A stretch of DNA of 63,760 nucleotides, filler included, from Stramenopiles sp. TOSAG23-2 (taxonomy: Eukaryota): NCBI GenBank assembly GCA_900128395.1. It is 8 parts of 8 records of this genome, joined end to end, with 100 filler letters (N's around TTAATTAATTAA, not from the genome) between each part and the next. Parts side by side here need not be neighbours in the genome. Positions count along the whole stretch, not along the records: positions 35,492 to 47,198 come from LT649907.1; positions 47,299 to 59,002 come from LT649908.1; 6 more parts are not named here. One strand, 5' to 3'. Position numbers and translations under genes: made by a program. Of the stretch, positions 45,641 through 56,669 are shown piece by piece. The first letter of the stretch is position 1. Each line of letters opens with the position of its first letter. Under the pieces are notes generated by a model. It did no database searches and was not told where the DNA came from. It saw nothing but the letters and a program-made list of their open reading frames with translations.

Positions 45641-46360
45641 TTATTGTTTTTCTAAATTGTTATCAATTTCGATTTTGTTAAAACAGCACCTATATTGTAA
45701 GGCAGGGTGCTTAGCATCACAGTCAATAAACAGGAAGTCATACGGTTTTTTAGTATATTTTTTAAATTTTTTTATAAATTCTACTTTTTCTAAACCACAA
45801 CCAATATCTGAATATAGTAAATTTATTTCTTTTTTCGATGGAACAGCAAACAGCGATATATAATTACAATTTACTCTAATCACTCTAGGAATGGAAGACC
45901 ATCTTTGCCCTAAAAAACAAACACTACAATTTTTATGTCTAGATCTTACAAAATAATCTATCATGGGTGTTTGATTGGAATCTAGTAAAAAATCATCAAA
46001 TATTACAAGATTTTGGACATTTCCATCTAATTCATCAACTGGAACTACATCATCCAGACTATTACTCATAAATAATATCTCCTCTTCAGTTTTTTCTTGA
46101 ATTTTTTCAAACATATCTTTAATTAATTGAAACTTAGGTTGATTTAGGTGTTTTGAATATATATACAACCGGTCAAAACTCAAAAGCCTACAAATACTCC
46201 AGCAGATTAAATTACTTTTTCCAGATCCACTGGAACCATTAATAATCCAGCGAAAACCACCATTTTTATGCTGTGGCACAAGGCTACTTTTATTTCTACC
46301 TTTTTTATTGCCTTTAATACGCTTTATGTTATCACAATTTCCAATATCTAGCTTCACCAT
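45641..46360 (-). CDS. A32-like (FtsK-HerA) DNA packaging ATPase
   Basis: Walker A INGSSGSGKS, Walker B LVIFDD, RSRHKNCSVCFLGQ, IRVNCNY and KPYDFLFID, the pattern of Polinton/PLV/virophage packaging ATPases. Confidence 0.92.
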   Translation of the reverse strand: MVKLDIGNCDNIKRIKGNKKGRNKSSLVPQHKNGGFRWIINGSSGSGKSNLICWSICRLLSFDRLYIYSKHLNQPKFQLIKDMFEKIQEKTEEEILFMSNSLDDVVPVDELDGNVQNLVIFDDFLLDSNQTPMIDYFVRSRHKNCSVCFLGQRWSSIPRVIRVNCNYISLFAVPSKKEINLLYSDIGCGLEKVEFIKKFKKYTKKPYDFLFIDCDAKHPALQYRCCFNKIEIDNNLEKQ

Positions 46361-46396
46361 TCTTTATATATATATTTATTTAGAGAATTTTCTAAA

Positions 46397-46450
46397 TGAT
46401 TTAATTATTTTTTTTTATGATTTAATTATTTTTTTTTATGATTTAATTAT
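46397..46450. repeat. 21-bp tandem repeat (about 2.6 copies) in a divergent promoter
   Basis: ATGATTTAATTATTTTTTTTT unit between the ATPase start (46360) and the next start (46454). Confidence 0.8.
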
Positions 46451-46453
46451 ATA

Positions 46454-47198
46454 ATGGTTAAACAAGATTTTAGAAAAATCCAAAATTTATCTGAATTCGA
46501 AAAATTAGTGAATTCATTTACAGAGGAAAGGCAAAATTTAAAACAACGTGTCATGGAAGAAAAAGGTATATCAGAAATTTCTGAATTAGATATTGAAAAA
46601 AAAGCAGCACCAGTGGTTAGGGCAATCGAAGGATTGAAACAAGACTTAAAACCAACACGAACATACTTCCAAATGTTTGAAAATCAAGCAAATACCTCTG
46701 GTAAAAAGGTCACTGAAGTAAAAGCACAAAGAGTTAGTGGAAAAGTTATACAAAAATTAGGCACAAATGGTATTGTGGAAATAGATGCACTAAAAGAAAA
46801 TCGAATAAGTATTATAAATGTGCGAGATCCACAAAATAGAGTGATTAATATTAATCTTACACCAGGTTTAGGTGAATTGGTATTTAAAAAGTATCAAGAT
46901 ATTAATAATGATGTTATAAGCAGAAATGACTGGATTACATTTTGGAATATTATGAATTATACTGACTTTCCTAGACGAGCTTTAGGTAGAAATAGAAAAT
47001 TAATTAGGGCAAATCAAATATTTAATAACATGCCCCAACAACCACAACAACCACCACCACCAGCACCACCAGCACCTCCACAACAACAACCGCCTGGACC
47101 AGCACCACCTGGACCATTTGGACCAAATCCTCCATTCCCACCTAATAATAATAACAATAATAATAACAATAATAATAACAATAATAATAACAATAATG
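46454..47198 (+). CDS. Maverick/Polinton-type conserved protein, 3'-truncated, with Pro/Gln and poly-Asn tract
   Basis: N-terminal coiled coil ending IEKKAAPVVRAI and motif LTPGLGELVFKK......SRNDWITFWNIMNYT, which resembles a protein I recall from animal Mavericks. Confidence 0.6.
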
Positions 47199-47298
47199 NN
47201 NNNNNNNNNNNNNNNNNNNNNNNNNNNNNNNNNNNNNNNNNNTTAATTAATTAANNNNNNNNNNNNNNNNNNNNNNNNNNNNNNNNNNNNNNNNNNNN
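47199..47298. other. Artificial contig spacer
   Basis: N44-TTAATTAATTAA-N44 linker. Confidence 0.98.
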
Positions 47299-47532
47299 CC
47301 TTTCAACATTTTACACTTGAAAATTGTGTTTTTCTGCCATGTTTTCTGTTTTTCATTTCCTATCATATTTATACTTAATGTCGTCCTTTTCATATACTCA
47401 GTAGATTTGTAGTGTTTTATATATTTGATAGGCCAGATTAGGTATTTTTGTACTTGAGAAGTGCATTTATAAATTTTAAAAAATTCACTATTATCTTGTA
47501 ATTTTTCAGCCGTCCTAAATTATAAAAAAAAA

Positions 47533-50500
47533 CTAAACATAACTTAAAGAAACTGCATCTCGTACAAATAACTGATCCACAACATGTACACCAACTTGTT
47601 GAAACTTATTCAAAATCTCATCAATCAACAAGACCCTCCTCTGAAAAGGTAGCTGCTGCACACCACGCACAGCCGCAATAGCGTTCAGTGCGGTTTGCCT
47701 TGCCAACATTGGTGCCAAATCTGCATGGATAATCATTCCATCTTGCAAAGGGCCAAAAGATATAGTATCAGTTCGGCAATATATTTCTACACGTAAAAGT
47801 TTTGGGGCGAAATCAGAGCCGCCCACATTAGTATCGTCTTTGTCCTGTCTAAATTTATAAGGGCAAATAGGCAATAGAACTATAAACACATCCGTAACCT
47901 TACTGATAAAAGTACGTACATCATATGCTCGCTCATTGTCACACCAAACAATTTGAACAGTATCATTACCAATGTGTCGTTTTCGACGTATTTGTTGTTT
48001 ATCATTTTCTTTTAACGGTAGCCATGTTAAAACGTGATAAATTATTTCTACCGTGGGATCATCATAATACAGCGCATGGACATGCTCAGTCGCATCTAAA
48101 CCACCCGTGTAACGCCCCTGTGAAACCAGGTCACCGATTTGTTCATCGCGTCCCAATCCCGAGACAAACTTATCGTATGCAAGTGAACCGTGAGTATTTT
48201 GCATAATTTCAACTTGAGTTGTTTGACCTTGGCCAACATATACAACGCCAACTTTTGTAGTGTGCCTTGGATTTGCTCTGTCCAACGAACGCAAGAAAGT
48301 ACGCAAACGCTTGTTATCTTCAAGGGGAATAAACTCTTTTAGCTGATTTGGACCAATAAATCCTATATCTGACAAAAATTGTCTACAACGATCAAATGTT
48401 GTAACAGATGTAATACTTTCATTTTTATCATTGTTACGATGATCAGCAGAGGAATAAGCAGATGAAAATGAATCATCCTCATCATCATTACGTGCGTAAC
48501 TATCTCTCTGCTTTACTACTAATTTACTAAATCTATTTTTTTCTGCTAGTCCCATACTTTCAATTTTATCTAAAAACACATTGTCAGCATCAACATTCTT
48601 TTCTAAATATTTTCGTGTTGTTTCATAATATGCTCTAAATGTTTGACTTTCATCACAATCACTGTCAAATTTATTGATAGTAAAATTTATAAGGTCTTCC
48701 AACCGATTTGAATACGTAGATGATTTGGGAATATCACTCTTCGCATATGCTTCGATCAATAAGTTGTGTAATGTATTATCTTCATTCTCCTCATTCCTAC
48801 TTTCATGCACGCCGTTTCCAACCATTTCTAATACAACATCTTCAACGCTGTTGCCATTGTCAATTATATCCGTCTCAACACTTACTTTTTTCAACGGAAC
48901 GTGGCCATACGTTTGTTTTATATCTCTTAAATAATCAAAGTCCCATGAAAATTTACCATTGGCATCTCTCATGATAATACGAGAAAAACACCGTTCGATA
49001 TCCCCATTAACCAATGGCAATTCAGATATGCTAAAAATTTTTCCATTTAACGTGAAGAACAATGCCTTCGAGGCATCTGTATCGTTTTCAACTACATTAG
49101 TACGATAACCACCGTTCCGAATAAGTGCCGCAGGAGCTTTAAAATACCTAAATAAGTGAGATACAGTTGTTTGAGCTTCATATAGAGCTTTTAATTCCGC
49201 TGCTGTTTTCTTTACACCAAAGTCACCACCAGGATCGTCGCGATGAAGATTACCTTGATTAATCGCAGCCGTGCGTGAAGAAGACGATTGGGAGGATTTA
49301 GATTTGGCGAGCGTTTTTGACTTTGGAGAGCGTTTTTTATCGGTTAAATATGAGTGTGTCGAGCCCTTTCTTGCCGATAACCCATCTTTATGAATTATTT
49401 TGCCTAATATTTCTAATACATTTTCCACAACAGAATCATCTTTTTGCAACATAGTCCAAACTTTTAATGCTCGCGAAATTTTTTGGACAATCGACCACAT
49501 ATCATCCACTGGCATTTCCAAATTACGAACCTTTAAATTCTCAATGCATGTTAAAACAGTTTTCGTTAGTGATTGGATTACATTCGTCACAATTTGCTTA
49601 CAATTTTCCCCTAAGCCATCTTCATTTTCAAGGCCTTTTGCAATAAATATTAAGGAGGATAACGCTTGCAAAACTACCTTAGAGGATATCCCTTTTTTAT
49701 CGACAGATTCAATTATTTGAATGAATGAATTTATAATATGCAATTGGGAATTATTATGGAAATCATTGTATTTATTTACGAACCGTGGATATATATCTCT
49801 TTCAATTAAATCATAGATTTCTTGTTGTGCTTCATCAAAAAATGACATATTAATGTCATCATTATCATCATTTGTTAATTGTAGCGATTGGATAGCATCT
49901 GAATTTTTAGAGGAAATATTTACTTCACGTTCCGAATTTTTCTCAATATACGTCTTGTGAATAAGCCCGCCTAATTTAATTGCTACGGCTCTATCACTAC
50001 TTTCTTTGTTGTATGATGCTGTTATTGTGGAAGCATGAAATTTTTCAACGTCAATCCAAAAATCAACATTTTCATCGCTATACTGTTTTTCGCTAAAATC
50101 TCTTAATTGTTGTCGAAGAGCATCATCGTATAAAATATCTATCAATTTCATCGATTCAAAAAGATTCACAGGTCTCGATGCTTTCTCGATCATCAACCGT
50201 CTTGTTTCATGTTGAAACATCGTAGATAAGGCGTGCATAATTTGAGACATTACGAACGGATCACTCTCATAACTTAACACCTTTAAGAGCAACTTTAGAC
50301 CATGTGATTGCCGTAGAAGGTACTTTGGTGCCATCAATGATTTTTCTATATTATCTGATTTACTTGTATCTTCTTTCGTACCAACAGAGCGGAGATGTAT
50401 ACTTCGCGTGAGTAAAGAATGTACCAATGCGTTTGAATCCAACTTCGCAAACAATGCAGCATGGCAAAATATAGAAGACAATATACTAACAATGCTTCCT

Positions 50501-53500
50501 CGCAAATGCTTTGTTAACTTGTTATACTCCTTGTTTGACAAGCCATGGATGAGATAGTCTATTGAATACAAATATGATGGTATTAATGTACTAACCCCGT
50601 CATGACCAGTTGAAAATATGTCCATGGAGTGAGAAAGTATACTATGTACAACAGATAAATCTGAATTGTCTGGAAAGGACAATCCATACCCAATACAGCT
50701 GTATATTTCGAAAAGTCTATCACGAGATATAATTTCACCTGTACGTATGCTAATCAATATGCAAATGACAGAGAATGCCATTGCTTTTCCACCTTCAAAT
50801 TTCCCACTATAATCGTATAAATGTTCTTCAAAATCATGCAAACAAGCGTTTAATAACCATGGACCAAAAAGATCAATTACTGTAGAGACCAACGGCGTTA
50901 TAAATTTGGTACCACGTTTATATGTCGCAGCAACTTGCTCTTGAATACGCAACCAAGCTCTTATCATGTAAATAATTTGTAAGACAATTGTTTCAAATCC
51001 TTTTGGATAATTACGTGTTTTCCATATCTCACAATGCTTACCACATGAGAAAACATGCAAAAGTCTATCCCACAAAATAAACAAATGTGCCGAGTTAGAA
51101 ATATCTTTATTTGCCCACTTTCCATACAGTGAAGATTTTCTTTGTTTACTAGCACCCTTTTGTTCATTATCACCCTCATCATCTGCACCACCGTCCTTTC
51201 TCGTCGATTTTTTATCATCATCATCTTTATCTTCTTTTTTTTCTTCAACCGTATGAACATCTTGGAATATTTCGTAAAGAGCTTGATAGAAATAATTATT
51301 CTCATCATCCCAATAATTTGTTTTTGATTTTGCTTGATCCAATACTTTGTATGCCGCATCAGTGGATTCAAACATATATTTTAAATTATTCACATCAAAT
51401 GATGTAATTATTGACTTCGGGAAATTTAATCGTGCATGCAATTTCTTATTACTTGCTTTTAGATTCGATTTTTTCATGGACTTTGATTTCGTAATTGTTG
51501 GAGTTAAGAAAGATTTCGCTTCAATTGCATTTTTTCTTATGTCTTCATGCATTTGTACTTTATGCTTTGTATACGATAAGTTCAATATTGTCCGCGTTAA
51601 ACATACTAAAACAATACCGACTGCCTTTATTGCAGCTGGATTGATAAGAATACCAGGCATTTCACTATATACATAAGACCATGTTTTAAAGTCTAGTCGT
51701 TTAGTCAAAACCAACAATTTAAACACAGCGAGAGTTGAACGAGTAACGTAATTTCCACCACCACCAGTGGTAATAATAGCACTTACATTTGTAGTATTGC
51801 GTGATATTTTGGCCACAGTATGTAATAGTTGCTGTATGTTTAATTGAAAGTCACGCGTGTAAATGTAGTCTGACGTGCTAATACTTTGTAATAAGTTCAT
51901 AGCAACTGAAAATGTTGTCTCAAAGCCAGTAGAAGCGTTGTTCTTAATATGTAATTTGGACATCTCTATGATAGCACAAGCTTGTGCAATGAACACATTA
52001 AAATGTATTTCTACTTTGTTCTCTATAGATACTCGAGTTAATGGACATTCTTTGCTAATAATCCAAGAACGATATACACCCAGAATAACAGATGCTTGAC
52101 TTTCGACAACTAGATTAGGAGTTGAAATGAATATGTTAAAAATCTCTAATACATTCTGAGTACGTTTCACATCCCCAACAATAAGCCTTGAGAAATAATT
52201 AAGCCTTAATGAATTAGTCAAAAATTTCACTACGATTTTTTGCAATCCATGTGGTGTCTCTGTTATTAAACATTTAGACGATAACTTTTGGCCTTTTTTA
52301 ATCAACCTATCGGAAAATCTCGTAAATCCAAAATTTATATTTGGATAAATTATTGGAAATATATAATTGTATAACGTGAAGTACCAAAATTGCAACTTGT
52401 CTGGTTCCTGTAAATGGTTGATGCTTTGTACATGTTGAAGCAAACAATTTAGCATAGTTTTTACATTGTCTTTAGATGATTGCTCATGTTCATCAATAGC
52501 AATTAAAAAAGGAAATGTATCGACATAGCTAGCTAGGTTTATAGCAGTATTGCCACTTTTCTTTTTCGTAAAGCTGTGAGTTTTAATATTTAAACTATCA
52601 TCCCGTGAGCTTTTTATCATACGTTTTAAATCATTGTAATACGGAGTCCAATCGAAAGAGGCAATTAATAATGACAAAAATGGATGTAATCTTTCATAAG
52701 TTTTGATAATTGAATTAAACGATTTAGTATCTAAATGATCATGCAATGGGATGACTACATCCGAATCATCGCTACGGTTTAACAAGGTTGCTTTATTTTT
52801 ACTTTCAATTTCGTCATATCTATTTTGTGTTTCGACTACATTTTTGCCTGGTAAAGACCATCTTTTCGAGCAATAGTCAAGGAAGCTGTCACCTTTCGAA
52901 GTTTTTGTTTCAAACTCTTTTAATGTTCTAAAGATATGTTTTCTCGCTACTCGATTAGTATCCTTACTCATGTTTCGACTGCCTTCTTCATTTTCAGAAT
53001 CACTTTCACTGCTATCGCTACTTTCTTCTTCGACTTCATCTTTTGCTTTATTCGACACTTGATTTTTATTATTATTATCATTATTGTCATTATTGTCATT
53101 ATTTGTATCATCACTCACCAAAGGTACACGGCATAATAATTCTGCTTGTTGATAAACATCCCCATTGGCATTTGGATTGTCTGGAAACTTCAATCCAATA
53201 ATATGAATCAAAAGTTTAAAAACTTTAATTCGCAAACTGTAACGATTGAAATGTACTAAAAATTTCGACAGCAACTCATACAATCTCGTTTCCTCCCAAC
53301 CTTCTTTTATAATTTTACTTTCATATATTATTAATTTCTCTAAACACCATATAATAAGTTCAACATCACTTTCTTTGACATTTTTTTGTTTCATAAATCC
53401 CCAAAAATTTTGTTTGGCCTTGGCCTCTTTAATCGACTGCATGTTTAATTCTAGTAAAGCATCTATCATGTTTTGAAATATATTATCATGTAAAACCCTG

Positions 53501-53721
53501 AACACGCGCTTTAAGAAATCTGCAGTTTCCTCTTTCTCAATTTTCACAATTTGCCGTAACTTTCCTACGGCGGATTTTTCTGAACCTAAAAATTTTTTAA
53601 TTCTTGGATGAGAGGAATCAATCCATGGTTGTGCATTACTTTTCCCACTACGAGGAGATGGTGTTGATGATGCTCCTGACATAGCTTTTCTTCGCGTAAT
53701 AGACATGCCTCTATTCCTCAT
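47533..53721 (-). CDS. RalGAP-alpha/tuberin-family Rap-GAP protein with an internal RGS domain (2062 aa, intronless)
   Basis: C-terminal Rap-GAP domain (KVGVVYVG.GQ, GS.AY..FV..LG, YTGGLD, EIIYHV, KRHIGNDTVQIVW); RGS motifs SDENVDFW, YI...S.REVNI and FDEAQQEIY.LI..D.YPRF; RalGAPA-like N-terminal LEK......I..GW....L...L.H.N...R. Confidence 0.88.
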   Translation of the reverse strand: MRNRGMSITRRKAMSGASSTPSPRSGKSNAQPWIDSSHPRIKKFLGSEKSAVGKLRQIVKIEKEETADFLKRVFRVLHDNIFQNMIDALLELNMQSIKEAKAKQNFWGFMKQKNVKESDVELIIWCLEKLIIYESKIIKEGWEETRLYELLSKFLVHFNRYSLRIKVFKLLIHIIGLKFPDNPNANGDVYQQAELLCRVPLVSDDTNNDNNDNNDNNNKNQVSNKAKDEVEEESSDSSESDSENEEGSRNMSKDTNRVARKHIFRTLKEFETKTSKGDSFLDYCSKRWSLPGKNVVETQNRYDEIESKNKATLLNRSDDSDVVIPLHDHLDTKSFNSIIKTYERLHPFLSLLIASFDWTPYYNDLKRMIKSSRDDSLNIKTHSFTKKKSGNTAINLASYVDTFPFLIAIDEHEQSSKDNVKTMLNCLLQHVQSINHLQEPDKLQFWYFTLYNYIFPIIYPNINFGFTRFSDRLIKKGQKLSSKCLITETPHGLQKIVVKFLTNSLRLNYFSRLIVGDVKRTQNVLEIFNIFISTPNLVVESQASVILGVYRSWIISKECPLTRVSIENKVEIHFNVFIAQACAIIEMSKLHIKNNASTGFETTFSVAMNLLQSISTSDYIYTRDFQLNIQQLLHTVAKISRNTTNVSAIITTGGGGNYVTRSTLAVFKLLVLTKRLDFKTWSYVYSEMPGILINPAAIKAVGIVLVCLTRTILNLSYTKHKVQMHEDIRKNAIEAKSFLTPTITKSKSMKKSNLKASNKKLHARLNFPKSIITSFDVNNLKYMFESTDAAYKVLDQAKSKTNYWDDENNYFYQALYEIFQDVHTVEEKKEDKDDDDKKSTRKDGGADDEGDNEQKGASKQRKSSLYGKWANKDISNSAHLFILWDRLLHVFSCGKHCEIWKTRNYPKGFETIVLQIIYMIRAWLRIQEQVAATYKRGTKFITPLVSTVIDLFGPWLLNACLHDFEEHLYDYSGKFEGGKAMAFSVICILISIRTGEIISRDRLFEIYSCIGYGLSFPDNSDLSVVHSILSHSMDIFSTGHDGVSTLIPSYLYSIDYLIHGLSNKEYNKLTKHLRGSIVSILSSIFCHAALFAKLDSNALVHSLLTRSIHLRSVGTKEDTSKSDNIEKSLMAPKYLLRQSHGLKLLLKVLSYESDPFVMSQIMHALSTMFQHETRRLMIEKASRPVNLFESMKLIDILYDDALRQQLRDFSEKQYSDENVDFWIDVEKFHASTITASYNKESSDRAVAIKLGGLIHKTYIEKNSEREVNISSKNSDAIQSLQLTNDDNDDINMSFFDEAQQEIYDLIERDIYPRFVNKYNDFHNNSQLHIINSFIQIIESVDKKGISSKVVLQALSSLIFIAKGLENEDGLGENCKQIVTNVIQSLTKTVLTCIENLKVRNLEMPVDDMWSIVQKISRALKVWTMLQKDDSVVENVLEILGKIIHKDGLSARKGSTHSYLTDKKRSPKSKTLAKSKSSQSSSSRTAAINQGNLHRDDPGGDFGVKKTAAELKALYEAQTTVSHLFRYFKAPAALIRNGGYRTNVVENDTDASKALFFTLNGKIFSISELPLVNGDIERCFSRIIMRDANGKFSWDFDYLRDIKQTYGHVPLKKVSVETDIIDNGNSVEDVVLEMVGNGVHESRNEENEDNTLHNLLIEAYAKSDIPKSSTYSNRLEDLINFTINKFDSDCDESQTFRAYYETTRKYLEKNVDADNVFLDKIESMGLAEKNRFSKLVVKQRDSYARNDDEDDSFSSAYSSADHRNNDKNESITSVTTFDRCRQFLSDIGFIGPNQLKEFIPLEDNKRLRTFLRSLDRANPRHTTKVGVVYVGQGQTTQVEIMQNTHGSLAYDKFVSGLGRDEQIGDLVSQGRYTGGLDATEHVHALYYDDPTVEIIYHVLTWLPLKENDKQQIRRKRHIGNDTVQIVWCDNERAYDVRTFISKVTDVFIVLLPICPYKFRQDKDDTNVGGSDFAPKLLRVEIYCRTDTISFGPLQDGMIIHADLAPMLARQTALNAIAAVRGVQQLPFQRRVLLIDEILNKFQQVGVHVVDQLFVRDAVSLSYV

Positions 53722-54299
53722 ATTGTTTAATATTTATATATTTTTATATATATATATATAGCTTTACTGATATACTCGTATGTATATACATCTATTAATT
53801 ATAATATATATTTATTAAATTTATTGTGGATGATCTATTCACGGCACGTCACAACTAGCCGAGGCAATTTGGTAGAGTTAGTGCTGTGTGTATGTATTTT
53901 TCCATCAAAATCATGTTTATCCATAACCTTTTGAATGCTGTGTGGGCCTATTGCTTGCTATTAAAAGCCCAAACGACAAAACTGGTACACCAACAGCCAA
54001 AAATGCAATACAGCTTTCCAGCCTATTTTTTTTTGAACATGATGTAAATATCTATTACCACATAGTGATTTGTGTTAATATTAATGAATAAATATATATA
54101 TATTATAGTATTTCATATGGATATTTCACATTTCAAACATTCTCGGTAACTTTTTTCTCAACACATACTTTGTGTGGAATATTTGCACAGTGCTTCTTTA
54201 CACCCCAAACAAAAACATATTAATTTTTCAACACGAAACAACACGAAAAAAAAGTCGACATAGTAAAAAGCGAAAGTTGTCTGCATCTACAACCCATAC

Positions 54300-54615
54300 C
54301 ATGAGAGATACGTCTAGGTGGACTATAGCATATACAGAGTTTCCAGCTATTGGTCAATTGAACAAAGATACGATGCTGGAGTATATCAAAAAGCGTTATC
54401 AAGATGTACCGTTTCATATTTCAGAAAACTACATTTATAATGAAATCATTCAAAATGTAAATACAGTGCAGAACTGTGCAACTGCAACATTATGGCAGAT
54501 GACTGGCTGAACATCCTGTTTTTCCTAGGGACGTTCAAGGAAACTGACCCAGATGGAGATGTCTTTGTGCAGTTTCTGCAAAAAAGCATAAGTTCATGGG
54601 ATACAAGACTCTGAA
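54300..54615 (+). pseudogene. Possible frameshifted gene remnant
   Basis: MRDTSRWTIAYTEF... reads protein-like to about 54470, then another frame gives CNCNIMADDWLNILFFLGTFKETDPDGDVFVQFLQKSISSWDTRL. Confidence 0.25.
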
Positions 54616-55200
54616 ACAGGTTATTTGCACAAACAAAAAATTAAAAGAACGAAAAAAGAGAGCAGATAAAAGTGTGGGAACATAAACAAAATTCACGTAC
54701 TTACACAATACCATTTTATATAGGAAAAATAACTTCCTGATAACACATCATTTTTTCATGTTCTTAATAGGTTTTCTACCATACAAATATTAATTCTAGA
54801 TTTAGTAGGAACACACGACGCTCAGGCCCGTAAAGGCAGGCAGGAGAGCGTATGCACGTACGATGGAAACGTGCAAAATCCTCCTGAAAACCCTTAAATG
54901 GAAAAATGTTGCGAAAACCGAAAAAGAATTTGTAATTTGGACTGAGGAGCTGAGGAAGGATAGCTCCAGCCTGGCTAGTAGCTGGATAGCAAGGAGTTTG
55001 TCGTCCAAATATTATGTGCTATTACTTTACTTTAACTTTTATACAAACATCAATACATATGTACATAACGAGTAATATTAAATTGAAAAACAACAAACGA
55101 TATTGTAGAAACAATCAAACTATTGTATCTATTTTTATTTATAGAATTAATTAATTTATTTATGAACAAACAATAATAAAAAAAGTCGTAGGAAAAAAAT

Positions 55201-55449
55201 ATGAGCGGTTGTGGATGTAAAACTTCTGGCAAAGCATGTAAGTGTACTAATTGCCAATGTGTTGGAAAACCTCAACCTCAATTAACCACTAGCAAATCAA
55301 ATGATTGTTGTGGAAAGAATCAATCAACCACCAATAATTGTTGTGGAAAAAGTCAAAGAACACAATCGTGTGGGAATCATGGTTGTGCATGTGGTTCTGC
55401 TTGTAAATGTGAACCTGGAAAATGTAAGTGTGCCAGTGGAAATTTGTAA
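55201..55449 (+). CDS. Metallothionein-like Cys-rich protein (82 aa, 17 Cys)
   Basis: CxC clusters at both ends, two internal CC pairs, no aromatic residues. Confidence 0.85.
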   Translation: MSGCGCKTSGKACKCTNCQCVGKPQPQLTTSKSNDCCGKNQSTTNNCCGKSQRTQSCGNHGCACGSACKCEPGKCKCASGNL

Positions 55450-55936
55450 AAAAAGTACGTAGAGAGAGGAGATCGAAACAGTGTTTATACATGGGTATCA
55501 TACCAGGTACAAAAGAAATAAATAGAAAATGTCGAACAATTTTTTGCACCAATATTTTTGGAAGTATAATACGCATATATGTATATGCATTATATATATT
55601 AATTTACGCATAATTTATTGTTTTAATTTACTATGCATTATATATATAAGAGCTTTGTATGTGCGTATTAATATGCGTCGAGATATACGAAGCGTTCGTA
55701 GAATTAAAATATTTTGAGAGATATATAATGTATTTTTATTTTTTTTTAGTTAATTTAATATATATTATGTGTTTTTTATAAAATAAAAAATAGTAAAATT
55801 TATTTTTTTAAAAATCTCGAGAACCAAACCAGGCAAAGTATCTTTTCTCTTTTCAATTTCTTGCACTTTATTGCTTCTTTTTCTAATTTTAAACTTGGAA
55901 GTGTATACAATATCATATATATATATATATTATCGT

Positions 55937-56498
55937 TCAACTTTTAGGTACATATATTTGCAAAGGAGTTCTTGGCCTATAAATTCCACCAACACTATCA
56001 ATAATTGATTTTACATCCGCAATTAATGATTCATCTATCTCCTCTCGTGTTGCTCGTGTTTCTTCTTTATTACTAATTATATTCATGTCATAATTTCTTC
56101 TATTTATACTGGATGAACTTTGTGGACGGCGTTTTTTCAACAATAATTTCCTAGTAGATGAAGATGAATTTTTTCCAAGTAAACGCGTATTGGTAGTTGC
56201 TGCATGTCGTGATGATTCATTAAATGTATGCAAGTTATGAACATAATTTGCCAATTTTTTATCACGAAATATTACCGCATGTGCCCCTAAACCTCTAGGT
56301 TTTACTCTCTTTGATTTATATTCATTTGTTTTTTTATATGTACGATTGTCAACATAATTTCTTGATTTAAAACGAATATCACCATTTAAAAATCCAATAC
56401 GATTCTTTCTATTAGATCTTGTGAATGGATCATTGGTATTTAATAAATATGCACCTCCTCCAGCACGTATAATGTTTTGCCTTGTTGGTTTACCATGG
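55937..56498 (-). CDS. Hypothetical basic protein, probably a terminal exon (start unresolved)
   Basis: Open frame of about 185 codons preceded by a polypyrimidine-CAG acceptor-like site near 56499. Confidence 0.45.
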
Positions 56499-56669
56499 CT
56501 GGTGCACGAAAAAAAAGAAATACTGTATATGCAAACAAACACTGAATCACACAAACACACTCACACACATTACACATAGACAAATTATCAACATACATCT
56601 ACATATACATATACATCTACATATTCTCTCTCTTTCTATATATATAATATATATTCTCAATAATATAGA

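Larger units (their letters stand above)
36521..47198. mobile_element. Partial Polinton-like virus / virophage-related dsDNA element (left boundary uncertain, right end truncated)
   Basis: Dense intronless very AT-rich genes, including a PolA-like + SF3 helicase fusion, an A32-like packaging ATPase, a Maverick-type conserved protein and three DNA methyltransferases. Confidence 0.85.

Noticed and set aside
35492-47198. Canonical Polinton/Maverick transposon call
   Set aside because: No protein-primed PolB, retroviral-type integrase or TIR is visible, and the replicase is PolA-like plus SF3 helicase
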